Below, piece after piece: positions 17,832 to 27,904 of a stretch of DNA of 64,000 bases; position 1 is the stretch's first letter; the number at the start of each line of letters is the position of its first letter. The notes beneath the pieces are model-generated. The model saw only the letters and a program-made list of their open reading frames with translations, did no database searches and was not told where the DNA came from. Both the position numbers and the translations under genes were made by a program. Source of the DNA: Dehalococcoidia bacterium (GTDB lineage: Bacteria; Chloroflexota; Dehalococcoidia; Plut-88900); assembly GCA_965197645.1 (NCBI GenBank), contig OZ240219.1, positions 800,001 through 864,000 of the forward strand. The letters are read 5' to 3'.

Positions 17832-19139
17832 ATGCCACAGAACAGTCCAGCCTCCATCGCCCGCCCGCCCCGAGCCCCCTGGTACAGCCGGGTTCGAGCC
17901 TTTCGATCCCTGGAGCATCGAAACTGGCGCAAGCTCTGGATAGGCAGCCTGTTCTGGCACCTGCCCTTTTGGATGGACCACATCATCCTCGGGTGGGTGG
18001 TACTGTTGCGGACCGACTCTCCCGTCCTGGTCGCACTGGTAGGCGCGTTCCGGCTGCTGCCCATGGGCACGATAGGGTTGTTTGCCGGCGTCCAAGCCGA
18101 TAGATGGCCGAGAAAGCCGCTTCTCATCGGTGCGCAATCCGCCAACCTCGTTCTGTCGTCCATCATGGCCGTTACCCTCTACCTCGACGTCCTCGACCTG
18201 TGGCATATCTACCTGGGCGCGTTTCTGATCGGCGGCGCCTGGGCCACCGACTTCCCGGTGCGGCATTCCCTGATCAGAGACGTGGTCCCGGAGCATTCCG
18301 TGGTCAACGCCATGGCGCTGAACGCCGCCTCGATGATGGGTTCGGCGATGGTGGGGAGGTGGCTGGCGGGATCGATAACCGACGTGGCCGGTCCGGGCGC
18401 GGCCTACGGCTTCATCGCCCTGTCCCTCCTGGTGGGCCTATCGATAGTCATCCGTGTTCCCGTCTCGCCTCGTGAAAGCCCGGAGAGTCGCCCACAGCGG
18501 ATGGGGAGAGGAATTCTCGAGGGCCTGGGCTACGCTTGGCGGAACGCCGCCATCCGAGGCGTGATGATAGTGACCGTCGCCGCCAACTTCTTGATCTTCC
18601 CCGCTACCCAGCTTCATCCCGTTTTCGCTCGGGACGTTTTCGGGGTGGGCGCAACCGGGCTGGGTTTCATGAGCGGCATGGACGGTCTGGGCTCTCTTGT
18701 CGGTGCGATGAGCATAGCAATGGTCGCCGGTGATCGCCATCGGGGGCACGTACTTCTAATCGGATCGATGGTCCTGGGAACAGGAGTACTGCTGTTCAGC
18801 TTCGCTCCTTCCTATGGCCTGGCCCTACCACCGCTGCTTCTGTCCGGTCTCGGCTCGGCGGGTTTCGCCACGATGCAGACCGCCATCCCAGCCACGGCGG
18901 CCGCACCCGCAATGCGAGGTCGGGCCATGGGGGCCGTAGCGCTCGCTATCGGCGTTCTTCCCCTGGGAATGGTCTACATGGGCTCCCTTGCCGAGTGGCT
19001 GGGAGCGCCCAGGGCGGTCACCTACAGCTGCATAGCCTTTTTTCTCTTGATATTGCTCACCGCCGCTTCACAACCGGGTCTTCGCAAGGTAGCCCAGCAT
19101 GAAAAGGAGTCCTCACGATGCCAGAACCGTACGAGTTGA
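17832..19139 (+). CDS. MFS transporter
   Basis: ~12 hydrophobic segments, GVQADRWPRK, MRGRAMG. Confidence 0.92.
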   Translation: MPQNSPASIARPPRAPWYSRVRAFRSLEHRNWRKLWIGSLFWHLPFWMDHIILGWVVLLRTDSPVLVALVGAFRLLPMGTIGLFAGVQADRWPRKPLLIGAQSANLVLSSIMAVTLYLDVLDLWHIYLGAFLIGGAWATDFPVRHSLIRDVVPEHSVVNAMALNAASMMGSAMVGRWLAGSITDVAGPGAAYGFIALSLLVGLSIVIRVPVSPRESPESRPQRMGRGILEGLGYAWRNAAIRGVMIVTVAANFLIFPATQLHPVFARDVFGVGATGLGFMSGMDGLGSLVGAMSIAMVAGDRHRGHVLLIGSMVLGTGVLLFSFAPSYGLALPPLLLSGLGSAGFATMQTAIPATAAAPAMRGRAMGAVALAIGVLPLGMVYMGSLAEWLGAPRAVTYSCIAFFLLILLTAASQPGLRKVAQHEKESSRCQNRTS

Positions 19140-20473
19140 CCGTGACCGAAGCCACCCGGCGCATCCGCCGCGGCGAACTCTCTCCAACGGGGCTGGCGGA
19201 ATCTGTCCTAGATAGAATCGATTCCCTGGACCCGGAGCTCAAGGCATGGGTGTTCGTGGACCGGGATGCGGTGCTGGCCGATGCGGAACAAAAGTCGGCG
19301 AAGCCGGGCCGAGGTACAGACCTCGGTGTCCTCCACGGCGTGCCCATGGGAATCAAAGACATCTTCTACACGGAAGGAGTTCCTACAACGGCCTGCTCCA
19401 AGCTCTACGCCGACTTCGTTCCAGACCACGATGCCACCGCCGTGTCTCTGCTTAAGCAGGCCGGGGCCATCGTTCTGGGCAAGACCGTCACCTGTGAATT
19501 TGCCGGCGCCGATCCGTCGCCTACGTTGAACCCCTGGAACCCAGCCCACACGCCTGGAGGTTCCAGCAGCGGCTCGGCCGTAGCCGTGGCTGCCGGCATG
19601 TGCCCTGCCGCCCTGGGTTCACAGACCGTCGGTTCGGTGCTGCGACCTGCGTCCTACAACGGGGTTGTCGGCTTCAAGCCGACCTATGGACGGGTGAGCC
19701 GGTACGGGGTGATCCCTTTGAGCTGGTCTCTGGACCACGTAGGTTGGATGACCCGCAGCGTCGAGGACGCAGCCCTCCTTCTGCAGGTCCTGTCCAGGCC
19801 GGACCCCCGCGAGCCGGTTACCTTGGGGCAACCGTCCTCGGATTACATGGTGGGACTGGATGAACCGACGCCCCCGCGTATCGGTCTCGTCCGGCCCTTC
19901 TTCTACGACCATGCCGATGACGAGACGAGGCGGCACACTGACCAGATGGCGGAGCGATTGAGCCGGGCGGGAGCAGCAGTCGAGGAGGTGTCCCTGCCCG
20001 CCAGCCTCGACGCCGAGGTCGATGACCAGGAGGTGATCATGGAGGTGGAGGCCACGGCCTTTCACCAGCAGATGTTCGCTGACCGGGGGGACGAGTACCA
20101 ACCCGGTATGCGTGAGATGCTCCAGCGGGGGCTGGATGCAGATGCCCTGAGCTACTCTCGGGCGATGGAACGCCACCGGCAGTTCACCGCGGCAATGCAT
20201 AGCTTCGCCGGCACAGTAGACGTGCTGATGACCCCCTCCACTCCGGCGCCGGCTCCGGCCGACCTGACAAGCACCGGCAACCCCCTGTTTCAGGGGCCGT
20301 GGACATCAAGCGGGTTGCCGGCCATCACGATTCCCTCCGGCTTGTCGGCTGCCGGGCTTCCTTTCGGCATTCAGCTGGCCGCCGCCCCCTTCGCCGAGTC
20401 CCGTCTGCTGGAGGCGGCAGCCTGGTGCGAGACGGTAACTGACGTCCAGCTGAACCCGATGGCCCCTAGATAG
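19118..20473 (+). CDS. Amidase signature family protein
   Basis: GIKD, TPGGSSSGSA, GSQTVGSVLRPA. Confidence 0.94.
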   Translation: MPEPYELTVTEATRRIRRGELSPTGLAESVLDRIDSLDPELKAWVFVDRDAVLADAEQKSAKPGRGTDLGVLHGVPMGIKDIFYTEGVPTTACSKLYADFVPDHDATAVSLLKQAGAIVLGKTVTCEFAGADPSPTLNPWNPAHTPGGSSSGSAVAVAAGMCPAALGSQTVGSVLRPASYNGVVGFKPTYGRVSRYGVIPLSWSLDHVGWMTRSVEDAALLLQVLSRPDPREPVTLGQPSSDYMVGLDEPTPPRIGLVRPFFYDHADDETRRHTDQMAERLSRAGAAVEEVSLPASLDAEVDDQEVIMEVEATAFHQQMFADRGDEYQPGMREMLQRGLDADALSYSRAMERHRQFTAAMHSFAGTVDVLMTPSTPAPAPADLTSTGNPLFQGPWTSSGLPAITIPSGLSAAGLPFGIQLAAAPFAESRLLEAAAWCETVTDVQLNPMAPR

Positions 20474-20574
20474 CCCCTCGATTTGGTATAGTTGGGCACC
20501 TGGCAAGCGTTCGAAGGGAGTGTCAACGAACGGAAGGATGCTTTCATGTAGCTTGTCCCAGAACCTCGTATTGA

Positions 20575-20665
20575 GGGAGTCCAGAGGGAAACTTCCCTCT
20601 GGCAGGGGGTATGGGAGATGTGCCCCCAGCTACAAAAACGTCCGAGGGCGGGTGGTTGGGACAAA
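20575..20665 (+). repeat. Family B interspersed repeat
   Basis: GGGAGTCCAGAGGGAAACTTCCCTCTGGCAGGGGGTATGGGAGATGTGCCCCC..GGGCGGGTGGTTGGGA. Confidence 0.85.
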
Positions 20666-20797
20666 GACATCTCTCCATTTGAGACAAGCTAACATATGGC
20701 CTCGGTAGGCGGGAAAAGAGAGCCAGAGCAACGCACGGGGTGTGTGGCAGTCCGAAGGGGAACGATCAGGGCTGTACAGGAAGGGTAAGGAGAAGCG

Positions 20798-22363
20798 ATG
20801 AGTAAAGAACACGATATCCTAATCATCGGAGGCGGGCACAACGGCCTGGTATCGGCGGCATATCTCGCCGAAGAGGGCCTGGACGTCCTGGTCCTGGAAC
20901 GAAGGGACATAGTCGGTGGCGCATGCGTTACCGAGGAGCTTATTCCGGGCTTCAAATTCTCCACGGCTTCCATGATCTGCGGCCTTCTCCAGCCCAAGGT
21001 GATCGAAGAGCTGCAGCTCCGAGACCACGGCCTCGATATCTACGCCCCCGATCCCAGCAACACCGTTGTTCTCCCCGGTGGCCGGCATCTGTGCGCATGG
21101 CTGGACCAGGCTAAGACGGTGGCGGAGATAGAGCAGTACTCTAAGCAGGACGCCAAGGCGTTCGTAGAGGTGACGAGATTTCTTCAAAAGTACCAGAGCT
21201 ACATAACGCCTCTCTGGCTGCGCAACCCTCCAACGATGGCGGAGATGGCAGCCCGTTTTGAGACCCCTGAAGACCAGGAGGCCTTTCGCACCATCTTCAT
21301 GGGCAGCGTCGATCAGTACGCGAACAGCAATTTCGAGTCCGATGCCGTCAAGGTGATGATGACCACCCTAGCCGCCACCGGTCACAACATGAGCCTCGAT
21401 AACAAGGGGAATATGTACAAGATGTTCTGGGCCAACATGGCTGAGGCCACGGGTGACCTGGGAGTGTGGGGCCTGGTGCGAGGAGGCATGGGTGGCATTA
21501 CCCAGGCGCTGGCTCGCTCGGCCAAGTCCCGGGGCGCAGACATCCGCACCGGCGCCGAGATAGACCACATCCGGGTAGAGGACGGCCGGGCCGTGGGCGT
21601 GGCCTTGACCACCGGCGAGGAGCTGCGAGCTAAGGCCTTAGCCTCCAACGCCGATGCCAAGCGGACCTTTCTGAACCTCTTGGCGCCTGAGCACCTGCCG
21701 GAGGACTTTGTCGGGCGGGTGGAGGACATACCCCAGAAGGGTCACTTCGCCAAGCTGTTCCTCGCTCTCGATGACAGGCCCGAGTGGGACTGCTTCCAGG
21801 GCGAAGATCCCGGCACCCGGGACAACGGGTTCATGCTGTTCGTACGGTCGCTGGAGCATATCGAAATGACCCGCCGGGAGGCGACGGAGGGCCGCCTGCC
21901 GGAGGAGCCATGGTTCGGCCTTCACATTCAATCCCTTACCGACCCATCGATGGCGCCGCCCGGACAGCACGGCGCCACGGTCTACGTTCAGTACGCCCCC
22001 TTCGATCTGGCGGAGGGCACCTGGGATGAGGTGGGAGACGACTTCGCCAAGCGCTGCATCGATACCCTGGCCAGCTACAGCCCCAACCTGAAGGACATTC
22101 TGCTGGACTACGTGTTCTTCAGCCCCAGGGACATCGAGAGCCGGTTCTACCTCACCGAGGGAACCATGCATCACGGCCACATGTTCGCCGACCAGATGTT
22201 CTCCCACCGACCCCTGGTTGGTTGGTCCGAGTACCGCACCCCCGTCCGAAACCTCTACCTCTGCGGTTCCGGCGCTCATCCGGGAGGAGGGGTTACGGGT
22301 GCGCCGGGGCACAACGCCGCCCAGGCGATTATTCAAGACTGGCGCGAAGGCGTGATCGAGTGA
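20798..22363 (+). CDS. Phytoene desaturase-family FAD-dependent oxidoreductase (PYROXD2-like)
   Basis: IIGGGHNGLV, GGACVTEE, GGMG, LYLCGSGAHPGGGVTGAPGHNAA. Confidence 0.92.
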   Translation: MSKEHDILIIGGGHNGLVSAAYLAEEGLDVLVLERRDIVGGACVTEELIPGFKFSTASMICGLLQPKVIEELQLRDHGLDIYAPDPSNTVVLPGGRHLCAWLDQAKTVAEIEQYSKQDAKAFVEVTRFLQKYQSYITPLWLRNPPTMAEMAARFETPEDQEAFRTIFMGSVDQYANSNFESDAVKVMMTTLAATGHNMSLDNKGNMYKMFWANMAEATGDLGVWGLVRGGMGGITQALARSAKSRGADIRTGAEIDHIRVEDGRAVGVALTTGEELRAKALASNADAKRTFLNLLAPEHLPEDFVGRVEDIPQKGHFAKLFLALDDRPEWDCFQGEDPGTRDNGFMLFVRSLEHIEMTRREATEGRLPEEPWFGLHIQSLTDPSMAPPGQHGATVYVQYAPFDLAEGTWDEVGDDFAKRCIDTLASYSPNLKDILLDYVFFSPRDIESRFYLTEGTMHHGHMFADQMFSHRPLVGWSEYRTPVRNLYLCGSGAHPGGGVTGAPGHNAAQAIIQDWREGVIE

Positions 22364-22392
22364 GAGGGAATCGTTAGATCGAGGAGTATGAG

Positions 22393-23412
22393 ATGAAGGT
22401 CGGTTTACTGTATGACCTGCGCAATCCACCCCAGTGGTACAGACCCTTCCCGGACCTGTACGCCGAAACGCTCGAGCACATCGTTGCCGTGGAGGCCCTG
22501 GGCTTCGATGCCGTCATGTTCACGGAGCATCATTTCGATCCCGACGGCTATCTGCCCTCCCTGTTGCCCATGATGGCGGCCGCAGCAGCCAGGACCAGTT
22601 TGGTCACCATCGGGACCGATGTGTTTCTCGCGCCCTTCGTTCACCCCGTCCGATTCGCAGAGGACTGTGCGGTGGTGGACATCCTCTCCAACGGTCGGCT
22701 CCTCCTCCAGGCGGGGGAGGCCTATCGGCCCCAGGAGTTCGAGGCCCTGGGAGTTGAGAAGACGCATCGTGGAAGCCTGACGGAAGAGACCCTGGACATC
22801 ATCCGGCGTTGCTGGACGGAAGACACCTTCGACTACGAAGGGCGTCATTACCGGCTCAAGGGGGTGCACGTTTCGCCGAAGCCGGTCCAGCAGCCCCATC
22901 CACCCCTCTACTTTACAGCCGACACCGGCAGGCCGTTGGAGCGAGCGGTGCGCATGGGTTTCCATGCCGCTACAGCCCACGGCGTGACCAGCGGGCCGGA
23001 CCCCTCCGAGTGGAAGCGCTGGCATGATGGGTGGACGGACAAGCTGAGGGAGTTCGGACGGGACCCTCGGGAGTTCAAGTGCAGCACTATCCTGAACCTC
23101 TTCGCCGCCGAGGACCCGGAGAAGGCGTGGGAGGAACACAAGGAGGGAATACTGCACGTGTTGAACTCCTACAGCGTGGAAGGCGGAGACTCTACGCCGC
23201 CATTGGAAACACCCGAGGCGATCCCCAACTGGCGTAAGATTTTCCAGACCCCCAGCGACTGCGTAAAGTATATAAACGAGGTGTACGGGTCGGCGCCCCC
23301 CGATTACGTGCTGCTATGGGGTACGAGGCCCGGGATGTCCTACAACAAGAGCCTGGAGTACCATCGACTATTTGCCCAGCAGGTGCTCCCTGGCATTCGG
23401 GGTCCAACCTAG
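22393..23412 (+). CDS. LLM class flavin-dependent oxidoreductase
   Basis: EHHF..DGYLPS, HPVRFAED..VDILSNGR, PKPVQQPHPP. Confidence 0.92.
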   Translation: MKVGLLYDLRNPPQWYRPFPDLYAETLEHIVAVEALGFDAVMFTEHHFDPDGYLPSLLPMMAAAAARTSLVTIGTDVFLAPFVHPVRFAEDCAVVDILSNGRLLLQAGEAYRPQEFEALGVEKTHRGSLTEETLDIIRRCWTEDTFDYEGRHYRLKGVHVSPKPVQQPHPPLYFTADTGRPLERAVRMGFHAATAHGVTSGPDPSEWKRWHDGWTDKLREFGRDPREFKCSTILNLFAAEDPEKAWEEHKEGILHVLNSYSVEGGDSTPPLETPEAIPNWRKIFQTPSDCVKYINEVYGSAPPDYVLLWGTRPGMSYNKSLEYHRLFAQQVLPGIRGPT

Positions 23413-23502
23413 CAGGAGACGGCCTCAAGGGACCGGGTCGACGGGCCGACGCCGGCAGATGGATTACGGACTTTAAAGTTAAAGCATCAGCAGGAGGAGC
23501 TT

Positions 23503-23862
23503 ATGAAGGTCTTCAACATCGATGATGTCCAAAAAGAGGACGCTAGCGCGCCTATCTTCACCGGGGGGAGCGTAACCATGCAACGCCTGCTGGTGGCGGG
23601 GGACTCGGAGGACTTCGCCGTAGGGCTGGTCAACTTCAGCCCCGGGGCCAGGACCAAGCTCCACATTCACGAATCCGATCAGATAGTCTTCGCCACCGCC
23701 GGTCGGGGCACCTACGCCACCGAGCATGAGGAGAATGAGGCTGTCGCCGGCACCATGGTCCTCTTCCCCAAAGGTGAGCGACACTGGCATGGGGCCACCC
23801 CCGACTCCTCCTTTTCACAGATCTCCTTCCTCCTGCCGGGTGAAACTACCGTCGTGGAGTAG
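23503..23862 (+). CDS. Cupin domain protein
   Basis: FSPGARTKLHIHESDQ, FPKGERHWHGA. Confidence 0.9.
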   Translation: MKVFNIDDVQKEDASAPIFTGGSVTMQRLLVAGDSEDFAVGLVNFSPGARTKLHIHESDQIVFATAGRGTYATEHEENEAVAGTMVLFPKGERHWHGATPDSSFSQISFLLPGETTVVE

Positions 23863-23946
23863 GTCGGCGCCCACGACGTCTATGACCGGGTCTAAAATAA
23901 AGTCTTAACGTCTGTGCCGGGCCTGATTACAGGGAGGAGACGACCA

Positions 23947-24471
23947 ATCGCAACCAACAATGTTCCCATAACCAACTCTTACTGGGTTGCCCACGGGCAG
24001 CTGCTGGCTGGGGGATATCCGGGTGGACTCGATGGAAAGGACATGGACCGGGAAGTTCGAGCCATAGTGGAAGCGGGAGTAAGGGTCTTTGTCGATCTGA
24101 CCCAGGAGGCCGAACAGCCTCCCTATTCTCCGACCCTCTCCGATATCGGCCGGCAGCTGGAAACGCCCGTTCAGCACCTTAGAGTGCCTGTCAAAGACCT
24201 GGGGATACCGACCGCCTCGGAGATGGACGGTATCTTGAGGGTCATCGATGAGTCGGTGCGAGACGACAAGCCGGTATACGTCCACTGCGTGGGTGGTATA
24301 GGCAGGACGGGCACCGTGGTCGGGTGCTATATGGTCGAGCAGGGAATGACCGGCTCGGAAGCGCTGCAGGAAATAGAGGCTCTCCGCAAGCCCACCCCCT
24401 ACAGCCGGGTAAACTCCCCGGACAACCCCGGCCAACGTGAAATGGTCCTCTCTTGGAGCGGGCGCGGATAG
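23947..24471 (+). CDS. Dual-specificity/tyrosine protein phosphatase family (possible ATC start)
   Basis: HCVGGIGRTG (CX5R), SYWV, LLAGGYP; SD GGGAGGAG precedes ATC 23947; alternative GTG at 23914. Confidence 0.85.
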   Translation: MATNNVPITNSYWVAHGQLLAGGYPGGLDGKDMDREVRAIVEAGVRVFVDLTQEAEQPPYSPTLSDIGRQLETPVQHLRVPVKDLGIPTASEMDGILRVIDESVRDDKPVYVHCVGGIGRTGTVVGCYMVEQGMTGSEALQEIEALRKPTPYSRVNSPDNPGQREMVLSWSGRG

Positions 24472-24660
24472 CCGATAGGCGGCCAAGATGCAAGCGCTAG
24501 CAACAAGACCCGCCGAACGCAAGACTACCCATCCCCTTGCCGTCCTCACCCCTCTCAGCTATTTTTATAATACCCGGATGTCCAAACGGTCGCTGGAACA
24601 ATGCAATCAAAAACAAGCACCTCCAGCCACAAAACAATCAGACCCGATAAGAGGTAAGCC

Positions 24661-25746
24661 TTGACATCGTCACCGGACTCCCGTTTTGAGCTTCCCGATA
24701 CAGTCGAGGCCATCGAGTTCTACTACGAACAGGGCCTCACCGATGGCCTTCCAGTAATACCTCCCACCGAGGAACGGGTGCTTCAGTTCCTGGAAGCCGC
24801 AGGGGTGGAGCCGACCGAGGTGATAGGCACCCGGCCCAGCCGCAACTGGATCGTAACTGCCGATAAGGTTGCCATTAACGCCATCATGGCCGGCTGCCTC
24901 CCGGAGTATGCCCCTGTTGTCGTAGCCTCCATCAGAGCTCTACTGCGCCCCGAGTTCAACGCCTCAGCCATTTCCGAGACTGCCGGCACCTCCGCGCCAA
25001 TGATCATGGTCAACGGGCCCATTCGCCACGAGCTCGATATCAACTCCGGTTGGAACCTGTTCGGGCCTGGCTGGAGAGCCAACGCCACTATCGGCCGCGC
25101 CCTCCGGTTGGTCCTCATCAACGTCTGCAACGAGGTGCCGGGGGTGAGGGACAAGTCCACCTTCGGCCAAGCCGGACGCTACACCTCCTGCATCGCTGAA
25201 AACGAGGAGGCCAGTCCCTGGCAGCCCTATCACGTCGAGAAAGGCTTCCCGATAGAGTCCAACACTACAGGCCTCTTCGCCGTGTTTCCTCCCATGGAGA
25301 TCTACAATCAGTCGGACAACCAGCCGGAGCAGATCCTGGAGAGCCTGTGCCATATCATAGCCGCCGACGACAATTGCCAAGGCGAACTGGTTCTTATCCT
25401 CAGCCCTGAGCATGCCCAGACCATAGCCTCTGCAGGGTGGAGCAAAGACCAGGTAAAGGAATATATGGTTGGGAGGATCACCGACTTGTACCCCAAACTG
25501 TCGATCCAGGCCGAAAAGGTCGGCCCGGCCGCCGCGCGGTTCGGCAGTACCCCAACAGAAGCAAGAGACACAGGAGGCAGACGTAGCTCGGGTGATAGCG
25601 GCCCGGTTGTCCCAATCCGTGCCGAGGGTATCATCCTTCTGGTGGCTGGCGGCGAAGGTGGTGGCCACTCCTCAATTCTTCCTACATGGGGCAGATCAGC
25701 GATAGCCCACTCCGTCATCGAGCCCATTACGATTGCACCAAGGTGA
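24661..25746 (+). CDS. Uncharacterised partner protein of UGSC selenoprotein (copy 2)
   Basis: TDGLPVIPPT, AINAIMAGCLPEY, NATIGRA, STFGQAGRY, SPWQPYHVEKG; TTG start after GAGGT. Confidence 0.85.
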   Translation: MTSSPDSRFELPDTVEAIEFYYEQGLTDGLPVIPPTEERVLQFLEAAGVEPTEVIGTRPSRNWIVTADKVAINAIMAGCLPEYAPVVVASIRALLRPEFNASAISETAGTSAPMIMVNGPIRHELDINSGWNLFGPGWRANATIGRALRLVLINVCNEVPGVRDKSTFGQAGRYTSCIAENEEASPWQPYHVEKGFPIESNTTGLFAVFPPMEIYNQSDNQPEQILESLCHIIAADDNCQGELVLILSPEHAQTIASAGWSKDQVKEYMVGRITDLYPKLSIQAEKVGPAAARFGSTPTEARDTGGRRSSGDSGPVVPIRAEGIILLVAGGEGGGHSSILPTWGRSAIAHSVIEPITIAPR

Positions 25747-25796
25747 TGTAACCTGCCCGCTGGACCGTTACGGTTCTCACACCCAATTGCTCAACT

Positions 25797-25805
25797 TGGT
25801 ATAAT
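25797..25805 (+). promoter_or_regulatory. Extended -10 promoter candidate
   Basis: TGgTATAAT upstream of 25853. Confidence 0.5.
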
Positions 25806-25852
25806 CCGTCTAGTGACGAGCTATTTCGGGTAGCGGGTCAAGGAGGCGAAAG

Positions 25853-26983
25853 ATGAAGAACGGATTCAAGATCATAGACGGCGACGGCCACATGCAAGAG
25901 CCCATGGATATATGGGAGAACTTCACGGAGCCCGCCTTCAAAGATAGGATCCCCAAGGTTATCGGGCACGTGGGCAAGACGGAGTTTCAATACGGTCCCT
26001 GCGAGATCTTTCCAGAGGGCCAAGCGACCGCCTTCACCCAGGAGGTCTACGAGGACGTGGAAGAGCGCTACGGCGAAGCGTACCGTAGCTGGTGGAGCCT
26101 GCCCAGCCGCCTGGACCACATGGACGACGAAGGTGTGGACGTCCAGGTCTGCTTCCCCACCAACGGAGCCCTGGCCACGGGCAACTCCGTCAAGGACATC
26201 GATCTGCAGTCGGCCCTGGTGCGAGCCTACAACAACTGGGCCATCGATTTCTGCCGGGACTCCTCGGGCAGGGTACTCTTCGTGGCGCTGGCAAGTCCGG
26301 GTGGCGGTGAAGAGGCCCTGCGAGAGGTGAAGCGCGTCGCCTCCAATCCGGCGGTGGCGGCGGTGACCCTGGCGGGGTTCATAGACCTGTCGGAAGGCCA
26401 GAAGTGGTGTGATGAGAAGTTCGAGGGCCTATGGCAGCTGCTGGAGAGCGAGGGCCTGCCCGCCGCCTTCCATGGCGGAGGCTCCCAGCGTTCCCTCTTT
26501 GGCCAGTACCAGGGAGAGATGGCTACGGTAGCCCACGCCATCTCCTTCCCCGTGGACCTGATGTTGTCCCTGGCCGACCTGATCTTCGGCGACGTGCTGG
26601 AGCGCTATCCCAACCTGCGGTGCGGGTTCTACGAGGCCAACGCCGGGTGGGTGCCCTACTGGCTGGCCCGCCTGGACGACCACGGCACCGGCAGACAGGC
26701 CCGCTTTATGCACGGAGCCTCGGTATCGATGAAGCCCAGCGACTACTTCTACCGTCAGTGCTCGGTATCATGCGACGCCGATGAGGGCACGCTGCCCCTG
26801 GTGGTAGACTATCTGGAGGGTAGTAACATAATCTTCAACACGGACTACCCCCACCCGGACGCTCCCTTCCCGGGTGCGGTGGACGAGCTGCTGGAGCGGC
26901 CTATCCCCGAGGATGCAAAGCGAAAGATCCTGTGGGACAACTCGGTGGACCTGTACAGGGACCGGATACAGGTCAGTGTTTGA
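25853..26983 (+). CDS. Amidohydrolase family 2 protein
   Basis: IIDGDGH, FH, EAN.GW, NTDYPHPD. Confidence 0.92.
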   Translation: MKNGFKIIDGDGHMQEPMDIWENFTEPAFKDRIPKVIGHVGKTEFQYGPCEIFPEGQATAFTQEVYEDVEERYGEAYRSWWSLPSRLDHMDDEGVDVQVCFPTNGALATGNSVKDIDLQSALVRAYNNWAIDFCRDSSGRVLFVALASPGGGEEALREVKRVASNPAVAAVTLAGFIDLSEGQKWCDEKFEGLWQLLESEGLPAAFHGGGSQRSLFGQYQGEMATVAHAISFPVDLMLSLADLIFGDVLERYPNLRCGFYEANAGWVPYWLARLDDHGTGRQARFMHGASVSMKPSDYFYRQCSVSCDADEGTLPLVVDYLEGSNIIFNTDYPHPDAPFPGAVDELLERPIPEDAKRKILWDNSVDLYRDRIQVSV

Positions 26984-27103
26984 ACAGTGTTCTGGCAGCG
27001 TTTAAACGGCGTTCCGGCGAGCTGTAGAAGCCTACAGGCATAAAAGAGGTTAGAACGCAGCGGAAAGCCGTGAACGGCCCGGCGGATGCCGGTAAGCACC
27101 GTC

Positions 27104-27112
27104 TGTTATAAT
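27104..27112 (+). promoter_or_regulatory. Extended -10 promoter candidate for UGSC copy 2
   Basis: TGtTATAAT ~40 nt upstream of ATG 27152. Confidence 0.5.
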
Positions 27113-27151
27113 CTGAAGTCGATAGGAATGGCAATTTGATAGGAGGGTGGT

Positions 27152-27703
27152 ATGACTACAGGCTCTCTCAACAAGCTGATAGCCCTGGACCCCAGGGGTG
27201 ATACCGGCCCAGCCGAGTCGATCTCCATGGCCCCCAGGCCCGACTCGCTGGACGGAAAGCGCATCGGCCTGCTCCACGATCAGCGGCTCAACGGCGACAA
27301 TCTTCTGTGGATGGTCACCGACCTGATCAAAGAGCAGTACGAGACCGGTGAGGTCAACTTCTGGGCCAGGCCCAACATATCGGACATCTCCCCACCGGAC
27401 CTCATGGCGGAGATGGCCGCCAAGGCTGACGTGAGCTTGATAGCGATCGGGGACTGAGGGTCCTGCAGCACGTGCTGTATGCACGACGCACTCACCCTCG
27501 AAGACATGGGCGTCCCCACTGCGGTAATCATAAGCGACCAGTTCTTACCGGGCGTTCAGGAGATATCCAAGTCTCGCGGCGCCCCTGATTACCCCTACGT
27601 GGTGGTCAAGCACCCCATCGGCAGCCTTGACGAGGATACCTTGAAGGAACGGGCCAGGGACGCCCTGCCCCAGGTGTTGAACATCCTTCTCAACGGCAAG
27701 TAG
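27152..27703 (+). CDS. UGSC-motif selenoprotein (183 aa, Sec102)
   Basis: AIGD-TGA(27455-27457)-GSCSTCCMHD..EDMGVP..VKHPIG; halves in frame; paralog of 11616. Confidence 0.9.
27471..27485 (+). promoter_or_regulatory. SECIS-like hairpin (UGSC copy 2)
   Basis: CGTGC-TGTAT-GCACG starting 14 nt after the UGA. Confidence 0.6.
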
Positions 27704-27776
27704 CCCTAACCTGTCGCACCGCGGTCCCCGGTATTTTGGGGAGGGAAATCGGATTCAGCTAGTCTGCTGTTTCGAG

Positions 27777-27808
27777 AGCTGGTGAATTTCACGTGAAATT
27801 CACCAGCT
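27777..27808. repeat. Perfect 32-bp palindrome upstream of argJ
   Basis: AGCTGGTGAATTTCAC-GTGAAATTCACCAGCT followed by TTT. Confidence 0.9.
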
Positions 27809-27904
27809 TTTCCTTCCCTGTCGCTGAATGGGAACCACCGAGCAAAAAATGCTATACTCCACGATGTTCTACGAGGGGGATCCGTTCCTGAATCGTTCCA
27901 TGCT

